Shown: positions 1 to 10,122, counted from the stretch's first letter. The stretch: DNA of 64,000 nucleotides from an uncultured Candidatus Saccharibacteria bacterium (GCA_964583675.1 CAZOVH010000001.1:17754-81753); one strand, 5' to 3'. Numbers and translations are program-made. Notes: generated from the letters alone by a model not told the origin.

Positions 1-185
1 TGTCCTGCCAGCGCCTCCGTTGGCATCACCATCTTCATGCCACAAATCTTCAAGCCCTTACGTTCAAAACGCGTAACTAGTTCACCGACTATCTGGCGCT
101 TAACTGCATCCGGCTTAAGGAGTACAAGAGTACGCTCATTACGCAGCTCAATGAGCTTTTTATCATCTGCAAGTGACTTGGTCAT
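1..185 (-). CDS. ndk: Nucleoside diphosphate kinase, N-terminal part (runs off the window)
   Basis: Manual translation MTKSLADDKKLIELRNERTLVLLKPDAVKRQIVGELVTRFERKGLKICGMKM matches the NDK N-terminal signature (ERTxxxxKPDAV.R..VGE.I.RFE.KG). Not in the ORF track. Confidence 0.9.
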   Translation of the reverse strand, partial: MTKSLADDKKLIELRNERTLVLLKPDAVKRQIVGELVTRFERKGLKICGMKMVMPTEALAG

Positions 186-193
186 AGTTTCCC

Positions 194-1468
194 CTATCTA
201 ATTATTTCTGTTAATTGAGCGGCATTATCATGCGGACCAATGATCGCCATACGCATACCATTTGGATCGAGATACTGCTGGGCAAGCGACATAATCTCAT
301 CTACTTGCACAGCCTCAATGCTAGCTAGAATATCGTCTACCGACCGCACTTGTCCAGTAAGTAAGAGCTCTGCGCCAAGCCGATCTGCTACTGAGCCATT
401 GGTTTCTTGGCTCATAATGATGCGCCCTCTAAGCTGTTGCTTGACGCGTCGTAACTCGTCTTCACCAACTGGCTTGGTGCGCACTACTTCTAATTCCTGC
501 ACGATTGCTTCCAGCGCCTCTTCAACCTTGTCGTTGCTTACTCCAGCATAAATTTCCCACTTTCCGGTATCGGCGTAGCCCGTCATACCCATATACACTA
601 CATAGGCCAAGCCTTTTTCTTCGCGAATCGTATGATAGAGACGCGAACTTGGCCCACCACCCATGAGCGAACCTAATACTCTAAAAGCAGCCTCATTGTG
701 ATGCCTCAGAGGCAAACCACGGCCAGCCAACACCATATGAGTTTGGCTGGTATTCTGGTGATAAATTCTTACTTTTTCTTGCGCCAATGGACCATGGACT
801 GGAGCAAATTTGCGCGGGGCGGCCACATGTGGCGCTTGAAATAGCGGTGCGATAACCCGTTCGGCTTCTGCCAATGTGACATTACCGGCAATCGACATTA
901 CGGCATTAGATGGCACATACTGAGAAGCATGGTAACCCGCGATCACCTCTCGCGGCAAAGCTCGAATGGTATCTTCAGTGCCAAGAATATTACTGCGCAG
1001 CACATCTTCTGGCCATAGAACATCTCCGATGAGATCAAAAATATACTGACCCGGATCATCGCGATATACGTTCATTTCCTCAATAATCACTCCCCGCTCA
1101 CGATCAATTTGAGTCGGATCAAACAGCGGGCGCATCGTGAGATCGGCCAAAAGGTCGGCGATTTCAGCAAATTTATCAGAAGGAATCTTCGCGTAGTAGG
1201 AAGTAAGCTCGGCGGTTGTGTAGGCGTTCATAAACCCACCAACACCATCGACCGTCTCGGAAAGAATTTTTGCCGAAGGATACTTTTTACTTCCCTGAAA
1301 GAGCAAATGTTCCAAAAAATGCGATACACCGTACTCGCGCCGCATATCCTCATACCGACCGCCAGCCCCAAAGAAAATCTGCAACGTCACACTATCTGTA
1401 TCTGGCATGTGACGATGAGCCAGTCGCAAGCCGCCAGGTAGTTCTCGAATATATTCTGGATTTGTCAT
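194..1468 (-). CDS. M16 (pitrilysin/insulinase family) zinc peptidase
   Basis: Inverted zinc motif HFLEH, plus NAYT and SSRLYHTIREEKGLAY motifs. Confidence 0.93.
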   Translation of the reverse strand: MTNPEYIRELPGGLRLAHRHMPDTDSVTLQIFFGAGGRYEDMRREYGVSHFLEHLLFQGSKKYPSAKILSETVDGVGGFMNAYTTAELTSYYAKIPSDKFAEIADLLADLTMRPLFDPTQIDRERGVIIEEMNVYRDDPGQYIFDLIGDVLWPEDVLRSNILGTEDTIRALPREVIAGYHASQYVPSNAVMSIAGNVTLAEAERVIAPLFQAPHVAAPRKFAPVHGPLAQEKVRIYHQNTSQTHMVLAGRGLPLRHHNEAAFRVLGSLMGGGPSSRLYHTIREEKGLAYVVYMGMTGYADTGKWEIYAGVSNDKVEEALEAIVQELEVVRTKPVGEDELRRVKQQLRGRIIMSQETNGSVADRLGAELLLTGQVRSVDDILASIEAVQVDEIMSLAQQYLDPNGMRMAIIGPHDNAAQLTEIIR

Positions 1469-2106
1469 TTTGCTTGCTCCTCCGCCCGTAGTTTTCGTGC
1501 AGCTCTACGACTGAGTTTTTTATACATAAAGCGACCAATCAGTACAACAAGCACCAATATGATCACGTAGTCCAAATAGTGTAGGTACTCGTAATACTTG
1601 CGCCATTCTTCGCCAACAACATAGCCAAAACCAACCCAAATAAAAGTCCAAACGAAGGAGCCAATGAGAGTTTGTGTGAGGAAGCTTGAAAATGACATTT
1701 TAGCCGCACCCGCCACAAAGCCCATGTAGGTGCGCACTACTGGCGTAATACGAGAAATAAAGATGGCCTTTGCGCCGTTCTTATCGAACCAGGCTTGAGT
1801 TTTTTGGTAATCATGCATGGATATAAGGATATATTTTCCATATTTACGCACCACCGTTTCACCGCCAGTGGCTCCAATCCAGTAAGCCAGGCTTGAACCT
1901 ATAGTTTGCATCACTACCCCAAGGATAAACACAAAAAATATATCTAGACTGCCGGCCTTTGCAGCTGCGCCAGATAGCGCCAAAACAGCCTCCGAAGGAA
2001 TTGGCGCACCAGCATTATCAAGAATTAAAATAATGCTAATTCCCAAATACCCTATTTGGTTTATTACGCCAATGGCAAGTTCAAGAAAATAAGCTGAGAT
2101 ACTCAT
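1465..2106 (-). CDS. DedA family membrane protein
   Basis: Motifs PIPSE, YWIG..GG and FISRITPVVRTY..FVAG; several hydrophobic helices. Confidence 0.92.
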   Translation of the reverse strand: MSISAYFLELAIGVINQIGYLGISIILILDNAGAPIPSEAVLALSGAAAKAGSLDIFFVFILGVVMQTIGSSLAYWIGATGGETVVRKYGKYILISMHDYQKTQAWFDKNGAKAIFISRITPVVRTYMGFVAGAAKMSFSSFLTQTLIGSFVWTFIWVGFGYVVGEEWRKYYEYLHYLDYVIILVLVVLIGRFMYKKLSRRAARKLRAEEQAK

Positions 2107-2153
2107 GCGTAAACTCTATTGTACCGCACTCAAGCGCACAGTCCGATACCACA

Positions 2154-4082
2154 TTACTGTTGGATCTGAGTTTCAAGCTCTTGGGCTGGCTGATACTTCG
2201 GCGAAAGTAAGCGGGCCCGAGCCAGCGATTGTGCAGCTGCTGCCTGATCTCCAGATTCTAGCTGCAGCTGAGCCTGCAAAGTCAGTGCAATTGCTACCCT
2301 ATCGGCAATATTTACAAAACTGCGGTTTGCAATGACTTCGTCGCTGTATTCTTGCGTGATACCACCTAATACCTCTAAAGCCTCCTGCGTAAAGCCTTCT
2401 TGCGCCAAGAGCTGTGCATAGCTTATCTGATACTGTGGGTTATTAAATGGATCAAGCTCAACCGCACGACGATATGCAGCTAGAGCCTCAGAGGTCTTAC
2501 CGAGCCGCTCACTGGCATTCCCTAACGCGTACCAATGGCGGGCATCGCGTGGCTCACGACGGGTTGCCTCGGTAGCTAAACGCGCCGCTCGCTCAGCATA
2601 TTTTGGCTGCGGGGTTTCTTCCGCATCATACATATCCACCCAAAACAGTGCGGCCTGCGACAAAGTATCTGGCGGCACCACTGGTGTCTGCAAGAGCGCT
2701 TCGTATCGCTCACCAGCTTCCTGCATATCATATGGTGCCACCACATCAATATAGGCCTGATCGACCCTTGAAAGATACAGCTGATATGTAAACCAGGTAG
2801 CAAACAGCATAACTAGTGCAGCTAGGCCAAACCCCGTCATAGCACGGCGATCTTTCAGCCGGAATTCACCATGCTCTTTCGGGATTGGCACCGCCAAAGC
2901 AGCCAGCACAAGAAAGATTATTATGAGCGTGGGATAGTTTGTGGCCAAATCAACAAAGCTATGCAACGCAACAACAATCAGGGCAATTCGGCTTGCCCAT
3001 ATAACTGGCGAGCGCTTTAGTGCACGCTCCTTCCAAAAATAACCAATTGAGGCGGCAACAATTACAAGAAACGCTACAAAACCAACCGCGCCTAGCTCCA
3101 CTAAAATCTGCACAGGTAATGAATGTGGGTTATTAGTAGCGGTTACAGCACTACGCTGAAAAGCCGGATGCACTTCTTTATATGTGCCCACTCCCCAACC
3201 AAGTACCGGCTTTTCGGCAAACATCGCCGTTCCCTCACGCCAAAAATCAATGCGGTCTGCCACACTTTGCGATTGGGCAGAATCTGAAAGCCGACTAGCC
3301 ACCGCTACAACCGGCTTCTCAAGATAAGTTCGCGCGCTAGTTGCTGCCAGACCAAGTGCCACGGATGCCACTGCTACACCGGCCAAAATCACAGCAGCTC
3401 GTTTACGTTGCTCCGAGCGCCACCAGAGAAGTCCGACGAGCACCAAAGCGATAAGCCAAGCAGCGCGTGAGTACGTTACAAAAAATGCTGTTCCCAATAA
3501 TAGCGACACATATACCCATACGCTCGGCCGGTCTTCGCTGTGTCGAATAGCCAAATCCAAACTAAACGGCAATGCCGCAAGTAAATATGTAGCAAACGGA
3601 TTTGGCCAGAAGAACAGCGAGGTTGCCCGCTCGTAATCTCCAACGAGATACATACCCAGACCAATGGCACTCACCACCACCGCTACCAGCAAGAAAATCT
3701 TTACTAAGAAGCCCCGAGCCCGAGCACTACGAAACACATCTCGTGCCACTACAAATACAATTGAGGCACTCATGATAGTGACCAGCGCAAGGATTGACTC
3801 AAACTGACTCACTGACCACAGCAAGCTAATAAAGGCCGTGACTACCAGCACTAGCCCCGGCACCATTACCCAACGCGGACGCAAGCTAATAGCTAAGGCT
3901 CGATCACGCGATAAGAGTACCCAGCTCACCAGCAGTAAAAGACTTAGCCCCGATTGTACGACTAGCCCAAAAGGATCACGCCCACCAATAAACCATGGCA
4001 CCATGAGTAGCGAAAGGAACAAAACTGGTAGCACCAGCTCTCGCGACAACTCCAACCGCTTTTTTGCAAGTCCCCCAAACAT
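2154..4082 (-). CDS. O-antigen ligase (Wzy_C/WaaL/PglL-like) polytopic membrane protein with C-terminal TPR repeats
   Basis: About 12-13 TM segments; motifs TYSRAAW, R...W......F...PVLGWGVG and PHSLPVQILVELG; TPR-like WYALGNA..RLG...EALAAYRRAVELDP. Confidence 0.85.
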   Translation of the reverse strand: MFGGLAKKRLELSRELVLPVLFLSLLMVPWFIGGRDPFGLVVQSGLSLLLLVSWVLLSRDRALAISLRPRWVMVPGLVLVVTAFISLLWSVSQFESILALVTIMSASIVFVVARDVFRSARARGFLVKIFLLVAVVVSAIGLGMYLVGDYERATSLFFWPNPFATYLLAALPFSLDLAIRHSEDRPSVWVYVSLLLGTAFFVTYSRAAWLIALVLVGLLWWRSEQRKRAAVILAGVAVASVALGLAATSARTYLEKPVVAVASRLSDSAQSQSVADRIDFWREGTAMFAEKPVLGWGVGTYKEVHPAFQRSAVTATNNPHSLPVQILVELGAVGFVAFLVIVAASIGYFWKERALKRSPVIWASRIALIVVALHSFVDLATNYPTLIIIFLVLAALAVPIPKEHGEFRLKDRRAMTGFGLAALVMLFATWFTYQLYLSRVDQAYIDVVAPYDMQEAGERYEALLQTPVVPPDTLSQAALFWVDMYDAEETPQPKYAERAARLATEATRREPRDARHWYALGNASERLGKTSEALAAYRRAVELDPFNNPQYQISYAQLLAQEGFTQEALEVLGGITQEYSDEVIANRSFVNIADRVAIALTLQAQLQLESGDQAAAAQSLARARLLSPKYQPAQELETQIQQ

Positions 4083-4162
4083 GCCTTCATTTTACTCCTT
4101 CATGCGTACATGTCCAATCTGGAGGCTTTGCAGCCTCTTGAGAAAAGCCTTATGCTAGAGAT

Positions 4163-5074
4163 ATGTTTTCAGATTATCTCGCCGAATTTCTTGATGCCCT
4201 CGAGCTAGAGCGTGGCCGTAGCCTTAAAACCATCGAGAATTACAGCCATTACCTCAATCGCTTTTACGAATACGCCGGCGATATTCAGGTGGCAAAAATC
4301 AACGACAAAACGATTGCCGGCTGGCGCAAATGGCTGAATCGACTGAGGCTCGATGATGGCCGCAGCGTAAGCATCACCACGATTAACTATCATTTAATAG
4401 CCATGCGCTCTTTCCTAAAGTACCTAGCCCGCCAAGATGTGGAATCACTCCCCCCAGAGCGCATCGAGCTGGCAAAAGCCGCTCGTCCACAAGTAGCATT
4501 TTTGGATGCCGAAGAAGTCGCAAGACTTGTAGAAGCAGTGTCCGGCAATGATCTAGCTGGCAAACGCGATCGAGCTATGGTGCTGCTCCTCTTTTCTGGC
4601 GGCCTACGCGTTTCAGAGCTAGTTAGCCTCAATCGAGACGACGTCAACACAGCTCGAGGCGAATTTACCATTCGTGGTAAAGGGCAAAAAGATCGTCCCG
4701 TATTCCTCTCCGAGCTGGCCTCAGGATCGCTCAACGAGTACCTCGCTCTGCGCAAAGATAAAGATGATGCGCTCTTCATCCACCTAGCTCACAAAAAATC
4801 TGATGAATCCAACGAAACTGCCAGACTCACACCGAGGAGTGTACAGCGCATTATCGAGCGTGGCAGAGTAGCTGCAGGAATCACCAAGCGCGTAACTCCC
4901 CACACATTGCGTCACTCCTTCGCAACCGACCTACTTTCCCATGGCGCAGACCTCAGGAGCGTACAAGAGCTTCTGGGCCACGCTAACGTTGCAACCACAC
5001 AAGTGTATACCCATATAACTAACCCCAAGCTCAAAGAAGTTCACCAAAAGTTCCACTCCGATAATCAAAAATAG
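4163..5074 (+). CDS. XerC/XerD-type tyrosine recombinase
   Basis: SAM-like N-terminal domain; catalytic motifs GLRVSEL, GKGQKDR, TPHTLRHSFATDLL and LLGHANVATTQVYTH. Confidence 0.92.
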   Translation: MFSDYLAEFLDALELERGRSLKTIENYSHYLNRFYEYAGDIQVAKINDKTIAGWRKWLNRLRLDDGRSVSITTINYHLIAMRSFLKYLARQDVESLPPERIELAKAARPQVAFLDAEEVARLVEAVSGNDLAGKRDRAMVLLLFSGGLRVSELVSLNRDDVNTARGEFTIRGKGQKDRPVFLSELASGSLNEYLALRKDKDDALFIHLAHKKSDESNETARLTPRSVQRIIERGRVAAGITKRVTPHTLRHSFATDLLSHGADLRSVQELLGHANVATTQVYTHITNPKLKEVHQKFHSDNQK

Positions 5075-5092
5075 CCCCGAAGGGCTATTTTT
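5067..5092. terminator. Bidirectional intrinsic terminator between xer and the minor-pilin operon
   Basis: AAAAATAGCCC-CGAA-GGGCTATTTTT is a perfect hairpin with A and T tracts, lying between convergent genes. Confidence 0.85.
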
Positions 5093-5109
5093 AAGTAATC
5101 TCATACAGC

Positions 5110-6477
5110 CTATACGTCTTGGTCGGTGGTACCACAGTCGTTCTTACCAGCATCGGCATTTGGCTGCTTGCTACCTACACCAGTTGCCGGATCAGATGCC
5201 CAACGATAATCTGGTGCTCCACGATAGTCACGGTAGATGCGCATATTCTTACAAATATCAGCGCCGGAGAAAATTGCATTGTCGAACACGCCATCATATA
5301 CGGTTGGAACAAGCTGCTTCTTAGCGAGTACGCGGCGGAAGTAGTCACCCGAACGAGCCGTTACGTCAATGGTGGCGTTACCATCCGGCATGTATACCGG
5401 CGTTACCCTATCGGCGGCGTAAAAACGAATGCGATAGCTAGCAGAGTTGTAACGTGGGCGAACACGTAAGAACATAGTACTATTCTCAAAGTTGGCAGTA
5501 GAGCTACTATCATAATACACATTAGTAGTGCCATTATTTATTTCAGTCCTGGCCAAGTTAGCCAAATCATACAGCGAGCCGTCACTATTCTTCATCGTGC
5601 AGCTATACTCTACAGTTGCAGAATTGGTACAGTCGGTTCGCACAAAGCTTTGCAATGCACCAGGGTCAATCTGGCCACCGCCATCCTTTGCAGCATCTAC
5701 ATAGGTACTATTTGGGTAGGTAGCGGTGTTCCAAGGAGAAAAGTCTGAGTAATTACAGCCGGCAGTCGGGCAAGCCGGTGATGCAATTACCGTACGCACT
5801 GGGAACACTCCTGCAAGTCCACCTTGATTAATGGTTGCCTTATTCACTTGTCCTGCATTATTACTGCCAAACCAGGTAGATGTAACTTCGAGCGCAGCTG
5901 CCCCCTGCCACACAGGCGAGTCAGGATTATAGGTTGGCAACCAGCTTGAGAGCCTGTTAATGAGCACCTGAGAAGCCGGTGCATCAGCTGCATCGCGAGG
6001 ATCATTCCACTCTATAGACATGTAGCGAGCCTGCAAATACGGTGCGGTCTCATCGGGACCAGAGCGCCCCCTGCCCAGGTTCAGACTTAAGCTTTCATCA
6101 ACATCAAGCTGACCGGTAAGCTCATCTTGCACCACGGTAACCGTACGGCAAGTCCAGGCCACATCTGGCCCGGTTGACGGATCAGACACACGTACTTCTG
6201 TGCCACTGTTTGAGGCATTGCAAGTAGACTCTCTAAACTTTGGATCATCACCCAACCTACGTACAGCATCCTCTACACCAGCCTCCGCCGCATAGAGCGC
6301 ACGGTTTGCATTATCTGAATTGATAGACTGGCGGATTTCTCGAGTTGCAATGGTAGTAATACCGACAAATAACACAACAAGAATGGCGGAAACCGCGATT
6401 GTCGTTATCAGGGCTGCCGAACCTTGCTGTCGACGCTGCAAAATTTTCCTCACTCTATGAACCATAACTGTTTTCAT
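5110..6477 (-). CDS. PilX/GspK-like minor pilin (PilX N-terminal domain)
   Basis: Class III-like signal RRQQG|SAALITT without Glu5; ALYAAEAGVEDA PilX_N motif; last gene of the minor-pilin operon. Confidence 0.8.
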   Translation of the reverse strand: MKTVMVHRVRKILQRRQQGSAALITTIAVSAILVVLFVGITTIATREIRQSINSDNANRALYAAEAGVEDAVRRLGDDPKFRESTCNASNSGTEVRVSDPSTGPDVAWTCRTVTVVQDELTGQLDVDESLSLNLGRGRSGPDETAPYLQARYMSIEWNDPRDAADAPASQVLINRLSSWLPTYNPDSPVWQGAAALEVTSTWFGSNNAGQVNKATINQGGLAGVFPVRTVIASPACPTAGCNYSDFSPWNTATYPNSTYVDAAKDGGGQIDPGALQSFVRTDCTNSATVEYSCTMKNSDGSLYDLANLARTEINNGTTNVYYDSSSTANFENSTMFLRVRPRYNSASYRIRFYAADRVTPVYMPDGNATIDVTARSGDYFRRVLAKKQLVPTVYDGVFDNAIFSGADICKNMRIYRDYRGAPDYRWASDPATGVGSKQPNADAGKNDCGTTDQDV

Positions 6478-6508
6478 GCTACCCTTTTAGACTGCAGAAT
6501 GCAATAAG

Positions 6509-7165
6509 TTAGTCATTTCTCGAAATTACGACCGACTGCAACATTGTCCCCGCCCCAAACTGATCGGAAACTGCCGCCGTTGAATTCTTTGATGGCGCTG
6601 TTGCCCCACGGAATACCCCAATGCGCACCTGCCAAACCACTGGCCCAATGCCTCCAGTAGTCGCAACTTGCGAAATCTTAAATGGAGCAGTATCTGGAGC
6701 AATACCATCGTCAGTGCTGGTATCCGGCCACAGATTTGGTGCAAGCTTTTCTGACCACACATCCGAGCTTGTAACCAGCACTGCTTGGGAGAAATCCGTA
6801 CAACTTGTGGAGCGCACTAGAACATAATGTTGACGGTTTGGATCCGGAATATACCCTAGCCCATAGCCCACATTTTGACCTCCTGTATCCAGACAGTGCA
6901 AAGCCAATACCGGCCGCGTCCCATATGAAGGGGCGGTGACTGGTTTAGTAACACGAATTGTCTGTCGCAAGTCTCGCGTGAGTGCATCCATTGCTTTTCG
7001 CGCCTCTTCTTGAGTTCTAGTAAGGCTTTGGGCTTTATTATAAATACCAAAAATACCAATAAAGCCAATCAGGCACATGAGCACTATCGCTGTGTACAAT
7101 GCAATCGAAAAAGTAAGTTCGAGCAATGTGTAGCCACCACGTTTCCGATGTAGCACTCTCTTCAT
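6509..7165 (-). CDS. Minor type IV pilin (PilW-like position)
   Basis: N-methylation motif KRGG|YTLLE plus hydrophobic helix; motif AMDALTRDLRQ. Confidence 0.8.
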   Translation of the reverse strand: MKRVLHRKRGGYTLLELTFSIALYTAIVLMCLIGFIGIFGIYNKAQSLTRTQEEARKAMDALTRDLRQTIRVTKPVTAPSYGTRPVLALHCLDTGGQNVGYGLGYIPDPNRQHYVLVRSTSCTDFSQAVLVTSSDVWSEKLAPNLWPDTSTDDGIAPDTAPFKISQVATTGGIGPVVWQVRIGVFRGATAPSKNSTAAVSDQFGAGTMLQSVVISRND

Positions 7166-7779
7166 TATCGTGGCTCCGTAATTATGGTACTTGCAGTCGC
7201 ATTACTAGCAATACCGTTAGCATCTGTCCAGGTGGCACGAACAACAAATGTTATGGCTGATATATTTGTATCATTTGGCAATGAACTACCCGCGCTAATG
7301 GGATTTGTACCTGGAAAACCCTCCATAAAATATGATTCCGGAACTATCTCAATATCAAACTCACCGGCAGAAGCTACGTTTACATTTGCACCAACTGGCT
7401 TAATGTTTTCTAATGCTCCGTCCTGAACAACAAACTTACACTCATTTATCGTACCAGGTGCGGCCGTTGATTGATCGCAGGCAAACTCGTTCGGAATTAT
7501 CGAACCGTCCGCCTGCTCAAGACCTATATTAATCACAGACTTACCACTTACATCGTTTATAAACCTATCCCAATCAAAGTTTTCTGTCTCGCGATATGCC
7601 TTGATTGCCTCTATCGATTGCTGGATCATATACTGAGCTTGCGTTCGTTGATTGGCAGCAGTAGCATTGCGCCATGCACCAAGCGCTGCTGCATATGCCA
7701 AGGTCAGGACTGTACTCACAATAGCCATAGCAAAAATAATTTCTACGAGAGTCATTCCTTGTCTACGTCGCATCATCAT
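7165..7779 (-). CDS. Minor type IV pilin (PilV-like position)
   Basis: RRRQG|MTLVE motif; RTQAQY..QQ.IEAIK; C-terminal V.ATW.D. Confidence 0.82.
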   Translation of the reverse strand: MMMRRRQGMTLVEIIFAMAIVSTVLTLAYAAALGAWRNATAANQRTQAQYMIQQSIEAIKAYRETENFDWDRFINDVSGKSVINIGLEQADGSIIPNEFACDQSTAAPGTINECKFVVQDGALENIKPVGANVNVASAGEFDIEIVPESYFMEGFPGTNPISAGSSLPNDTNISAITFVVRATWTDANGIASNATASTIITEPR

Positions 7780-8718
7780 CTACCTCGTCACCAACGTAGT
7801 GGTACCATCCACTAAATTAAAGTTAATCTCAGCCTTAAAACGAGGCTCTCCGGGAGATCCAGCTTTTCGCTCAACGCTTCCAAAGCGCCACAGCACCGCA
7901 CATGGCTGACTACGTAAACGTGTAGCGGCACTTGGAGAAACTGATCCATATTGATAACTTGCATCATCGTAACTCCCCAGCCAAGCGGGCGTCGGCGAAG
8001 ATGCTGTGCCAGACCACCATGGTTTCGCTCCATTAAAGACCCCCGTTGTGTCGAATGTAGAGACATTTGCATTTGGCCAAAAAGTATTATATCCACCCGT
8101 GGTGCGCCTAAAAACCACTAACGACTCGTTAGTAGCACTCCTAAAATCTTGGTATCCTGCCGACGATCCAGATAAAGTTTCTGGTAAGTTTCTCCAGGGG
8201 CTATATGCACCTGTAGTGCACTGTCCATCTCCAAAAACCGTAAATCCCTCTAGTTTTAGAGTGGCTGGCAACTCAACTTCTTTATTCGCATAACTTGTCA
8301 CGAGCAGAGATTGCAAAGGCGCTAAATCCGACTCTTTATCTTTCTTCAAATAAAATATCTTAAGTTTAGTAAATGTATCACCGGTATTTGGCACAGAAAT
8401 CGCAACAGCGGTACCAAAAACTTCTTCACCCTTACCAATTACACATTTGTCTAAACCTATCTCTCTATCTTCATTATTGCAAACAGATGCACTGCCGAGA
8501 TCATATCCAGGCACCTGGCTAGAAGTATTCTGACTTTGTACTTCTCGTATGCGAGACTCTACCTGACGCACTTCATTATAAAAATCCGAGCTCTTTTGAG
8601 TGTCAAACCATGCGAAAGCCCCACCAATCATCAAGCTGGCGATACCCAAAACCATAATGACTTCTACTAAGGAAACACCAGATTGAGTGCGTCGAATTTG
8701 TTTGTGCGGTATCTTCAT
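7780..8718 (-). CDS. Minor type IV pilin (FimU/GspH-like position), 312 aa
   Basis: QSG|VSLVE N-methylation motif plus hydrophobic helix; first gene of the minor-pilin operon. Confidence 0.78.
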   Translation of the reverse strand: MKIPHKQIRRTQSGVSLVEVIMVLGIASLMIGGAFAWFDTQKSSDFYNEVRQVESRIREVQSQNTSSQVPGYDLGSASVCNNEDREIGLDKCVIGKGEEVFGTAVAISVPNTGDTFTKLKIFYLKKDKESDLAPLQSLLVTSYANKEVELPATLKLEGFTVFGDGQCTTGAYSPWRNLPETLSGSSAGYQDFRSATNESLVVFRRTTGGYNTFWPNANVSTFDTTGVFNGAKPWWSGTASSPTPAWLGSYDDASYQYGSVSPSAATRLRSQPCAVLWRFGSVERKAGSPGEPRFKAEINFNLVDGTTTLVTR

Positions 8719-8760
8719 AAAAATAATTCTGATTCGACTATCAGTATACCACTTATGCTA

Positions 8761-9561
8761 TTAGACGAATATTCCTAAATACCAGTTTAAAAGAGCTTCA
8801 CCAAAGAAGAATCCAGCGAATAATCCAATTATAAGAAATGGACCAAACGCAATCATGCTCTTGCGGGTTTTTTTATGTATGGCAATTAGCGCCAAACCGA
8901 TGATTGCGCCTAGGTTAAAGGCCACAAATATAGCCACTACCAATTGGACTCCAGTTAGTACCAGTCCCATTATTGCAGCTAGCCAAATATCTCCGTCGCC
9001 TATCCAAGTTCCCTTTGATATGAGCCAGACTAAAAAGAAGGCTCCCCCGAATAACAACGCTGCCACAAGTCGAGCGATAAGCTCCGACAGGCTCCCCATG
9101 CCAACAGCGCTCAATATTGCTAACGCAAGCGCAAACACCACCGCCGGCACCATAAAAGCATCCGGGAGTAACATCCACTTAGCATCATACACAAGCGCGG
9201 CCAGCAACAGTGATGCTAGCGCAAGCCAAGCTAGTAAGCTCACCCACTCCAGCGTATTCGCTGGATCAAGATAGAAAAATAGACTCACCCATACAGTAGC
9301 GTTTGCGAGCTCTACCGCCGGGTACTGCCAAGAAATTGGCTTATGGCACGTGCGGCATTTCCCGCGCAGAGCCAGCCATGAGAACACTGGAATTAGCTCA
9401 TACCACCTAAGCGGGGTTTTACAATGTGGACACATGCTGCGGCCCTTGGAGACCTTTCTATGCGTGTGGAGGCGCCACACCCAGGCATTCAAGAACGAGC
9501 CTACTAGTAAGCCATACACAAAGACCATTACGGCCAGCATTAGTATCCACTCAGTCTCCAT
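8761..9561 (-). CDS. pilD: Prepilin peptidase / N-methyltransferase
   Basis: GSFLN, RSMCPHC...L.WYELIPVFSW..LRGKCRTC..PISWQYP, GDGD and FGPF motifs. Confidence 0.95.
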   Translation of the reverse strand: METEWILMLAVMVFVYGLLVGSFLNAWVWRLHTHRKVSKGRSMCPHCKTPLRWYELIPVFSWLALRGKCRTCHKPISWQYPAVELANATVWVSLFFYLDPANTLEWVSLLAWLALASLLLAALVYDAKWMLLPDAFMVPAVVFALALAILSAVGMGSLSELIARLVAALLFGGAFFLVWLISKGTWIGDGDIWLAAIMGLVLTGVQLVVAIFVAFNLGAIIGLALIAIHKKTRKSMIAFGPFLIIGLFAGFFFGEALLNWYLGIFV

Positions 9562-9596
9562 TCCTCACATTATATGGCAAAGCATAACTAATAACC

Positions 9597-9616
9597 AAAA
9601 AGCCCCCGAAGGGGCT
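9597..9616 (-). terminator. Intrinsic terminator after the major pilin
   Basis: Minus strand reads AGCCCC-TTCG-GGGGCT-TTTT (cUUCGg tetraloop). Confidence 0.85.
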
Positions 9617-9638
9617 ATTGGCTGTTCAATTAATTGGA

Positions 9639-10049
9639 TTAGTTATTAATTGAATAGTTGGTTCCTGTAGACTCAAGACAGGACTGAACAGTAATCGGAG
9701 TAGTACTGCTGATTGAGATGCTACCAGTTGTGGGAGTACAGGCTGCTGGAGCGCCAGTTGTAGCAGTCAACGTTATAACTAGCCCATTGGTTGTAGTTGG
9801 GTTAGCAGTCCAGCCCAAGTAGGTCTGCAACTGCGCAGCATTTGTTGGAGCTGTTCCGTTGTTATTCCCTTGAAAAGCAGTTGCTGATGCAAGAACACGT
9901 GCAGCAACATCCTTACGAGTATTGTCTCTTTGGCTACGTTGAGCACCCTGCACTGCAAGGAATACAACAACCATAATCAAAGCAGCAATTGCGAGCACAA
10001 TCACGATTTCGATCAAGGTAAATCCTTTTTTCATTTTTTTATCTGTCAT
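9639..10049 (-). CDS. Major type IV pilin
   Basis: KKG|FTLIE motif; 136 aa; C-terminal Cys pair; strong SD (AAGGAGG), its own promoter and terminator. Confidence 0.9.
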   Translation of the reverse strand: MTDKKMKKGFTLIEIVIVLAIAALIMVVVFLAVQGAQRSQRDNTRKDVAARVLASATAFQGNNNGTAPTNAAQLQTYLGWTANPTTTNGLVITLTATTGAPAACTPTTGSISISSTTPITVQSCLESTGTNYSINN

Positions 10050-10081
10050 AAGACCTCCTTATAATATTCGCGCTCTAGTAT

Positions 10082-10122
10082 AACGCTTATGCTTATGATA
10101 GCAAATCCATGCTCAACGTCAA
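10082..10122 (-). promoter_or_regulatory. Sigma70-type promoter of the major pilin followed by TAAGCGTT motif
   Basis: Minus strand reads TTGACG-N16-TATCAT (TG-extended), then AAGCA-TAAGCGTT. Confidence 0.6.

Noticed and set aside
4163-5074. Integrase of a prophage, ICE or integron
   Set aside because: No att repeats, tRNA, phage genes, attC arrays or integron-specific insertion are visible.
4163-8718. Tyrosine recombinase next to minor pilins as a shufflon/phase-variation invertase
   Set aside because: I found no repeated inversion sites or silent alternative C-terminal cassettes, and the protein looks like a housekeeping XerC/D.
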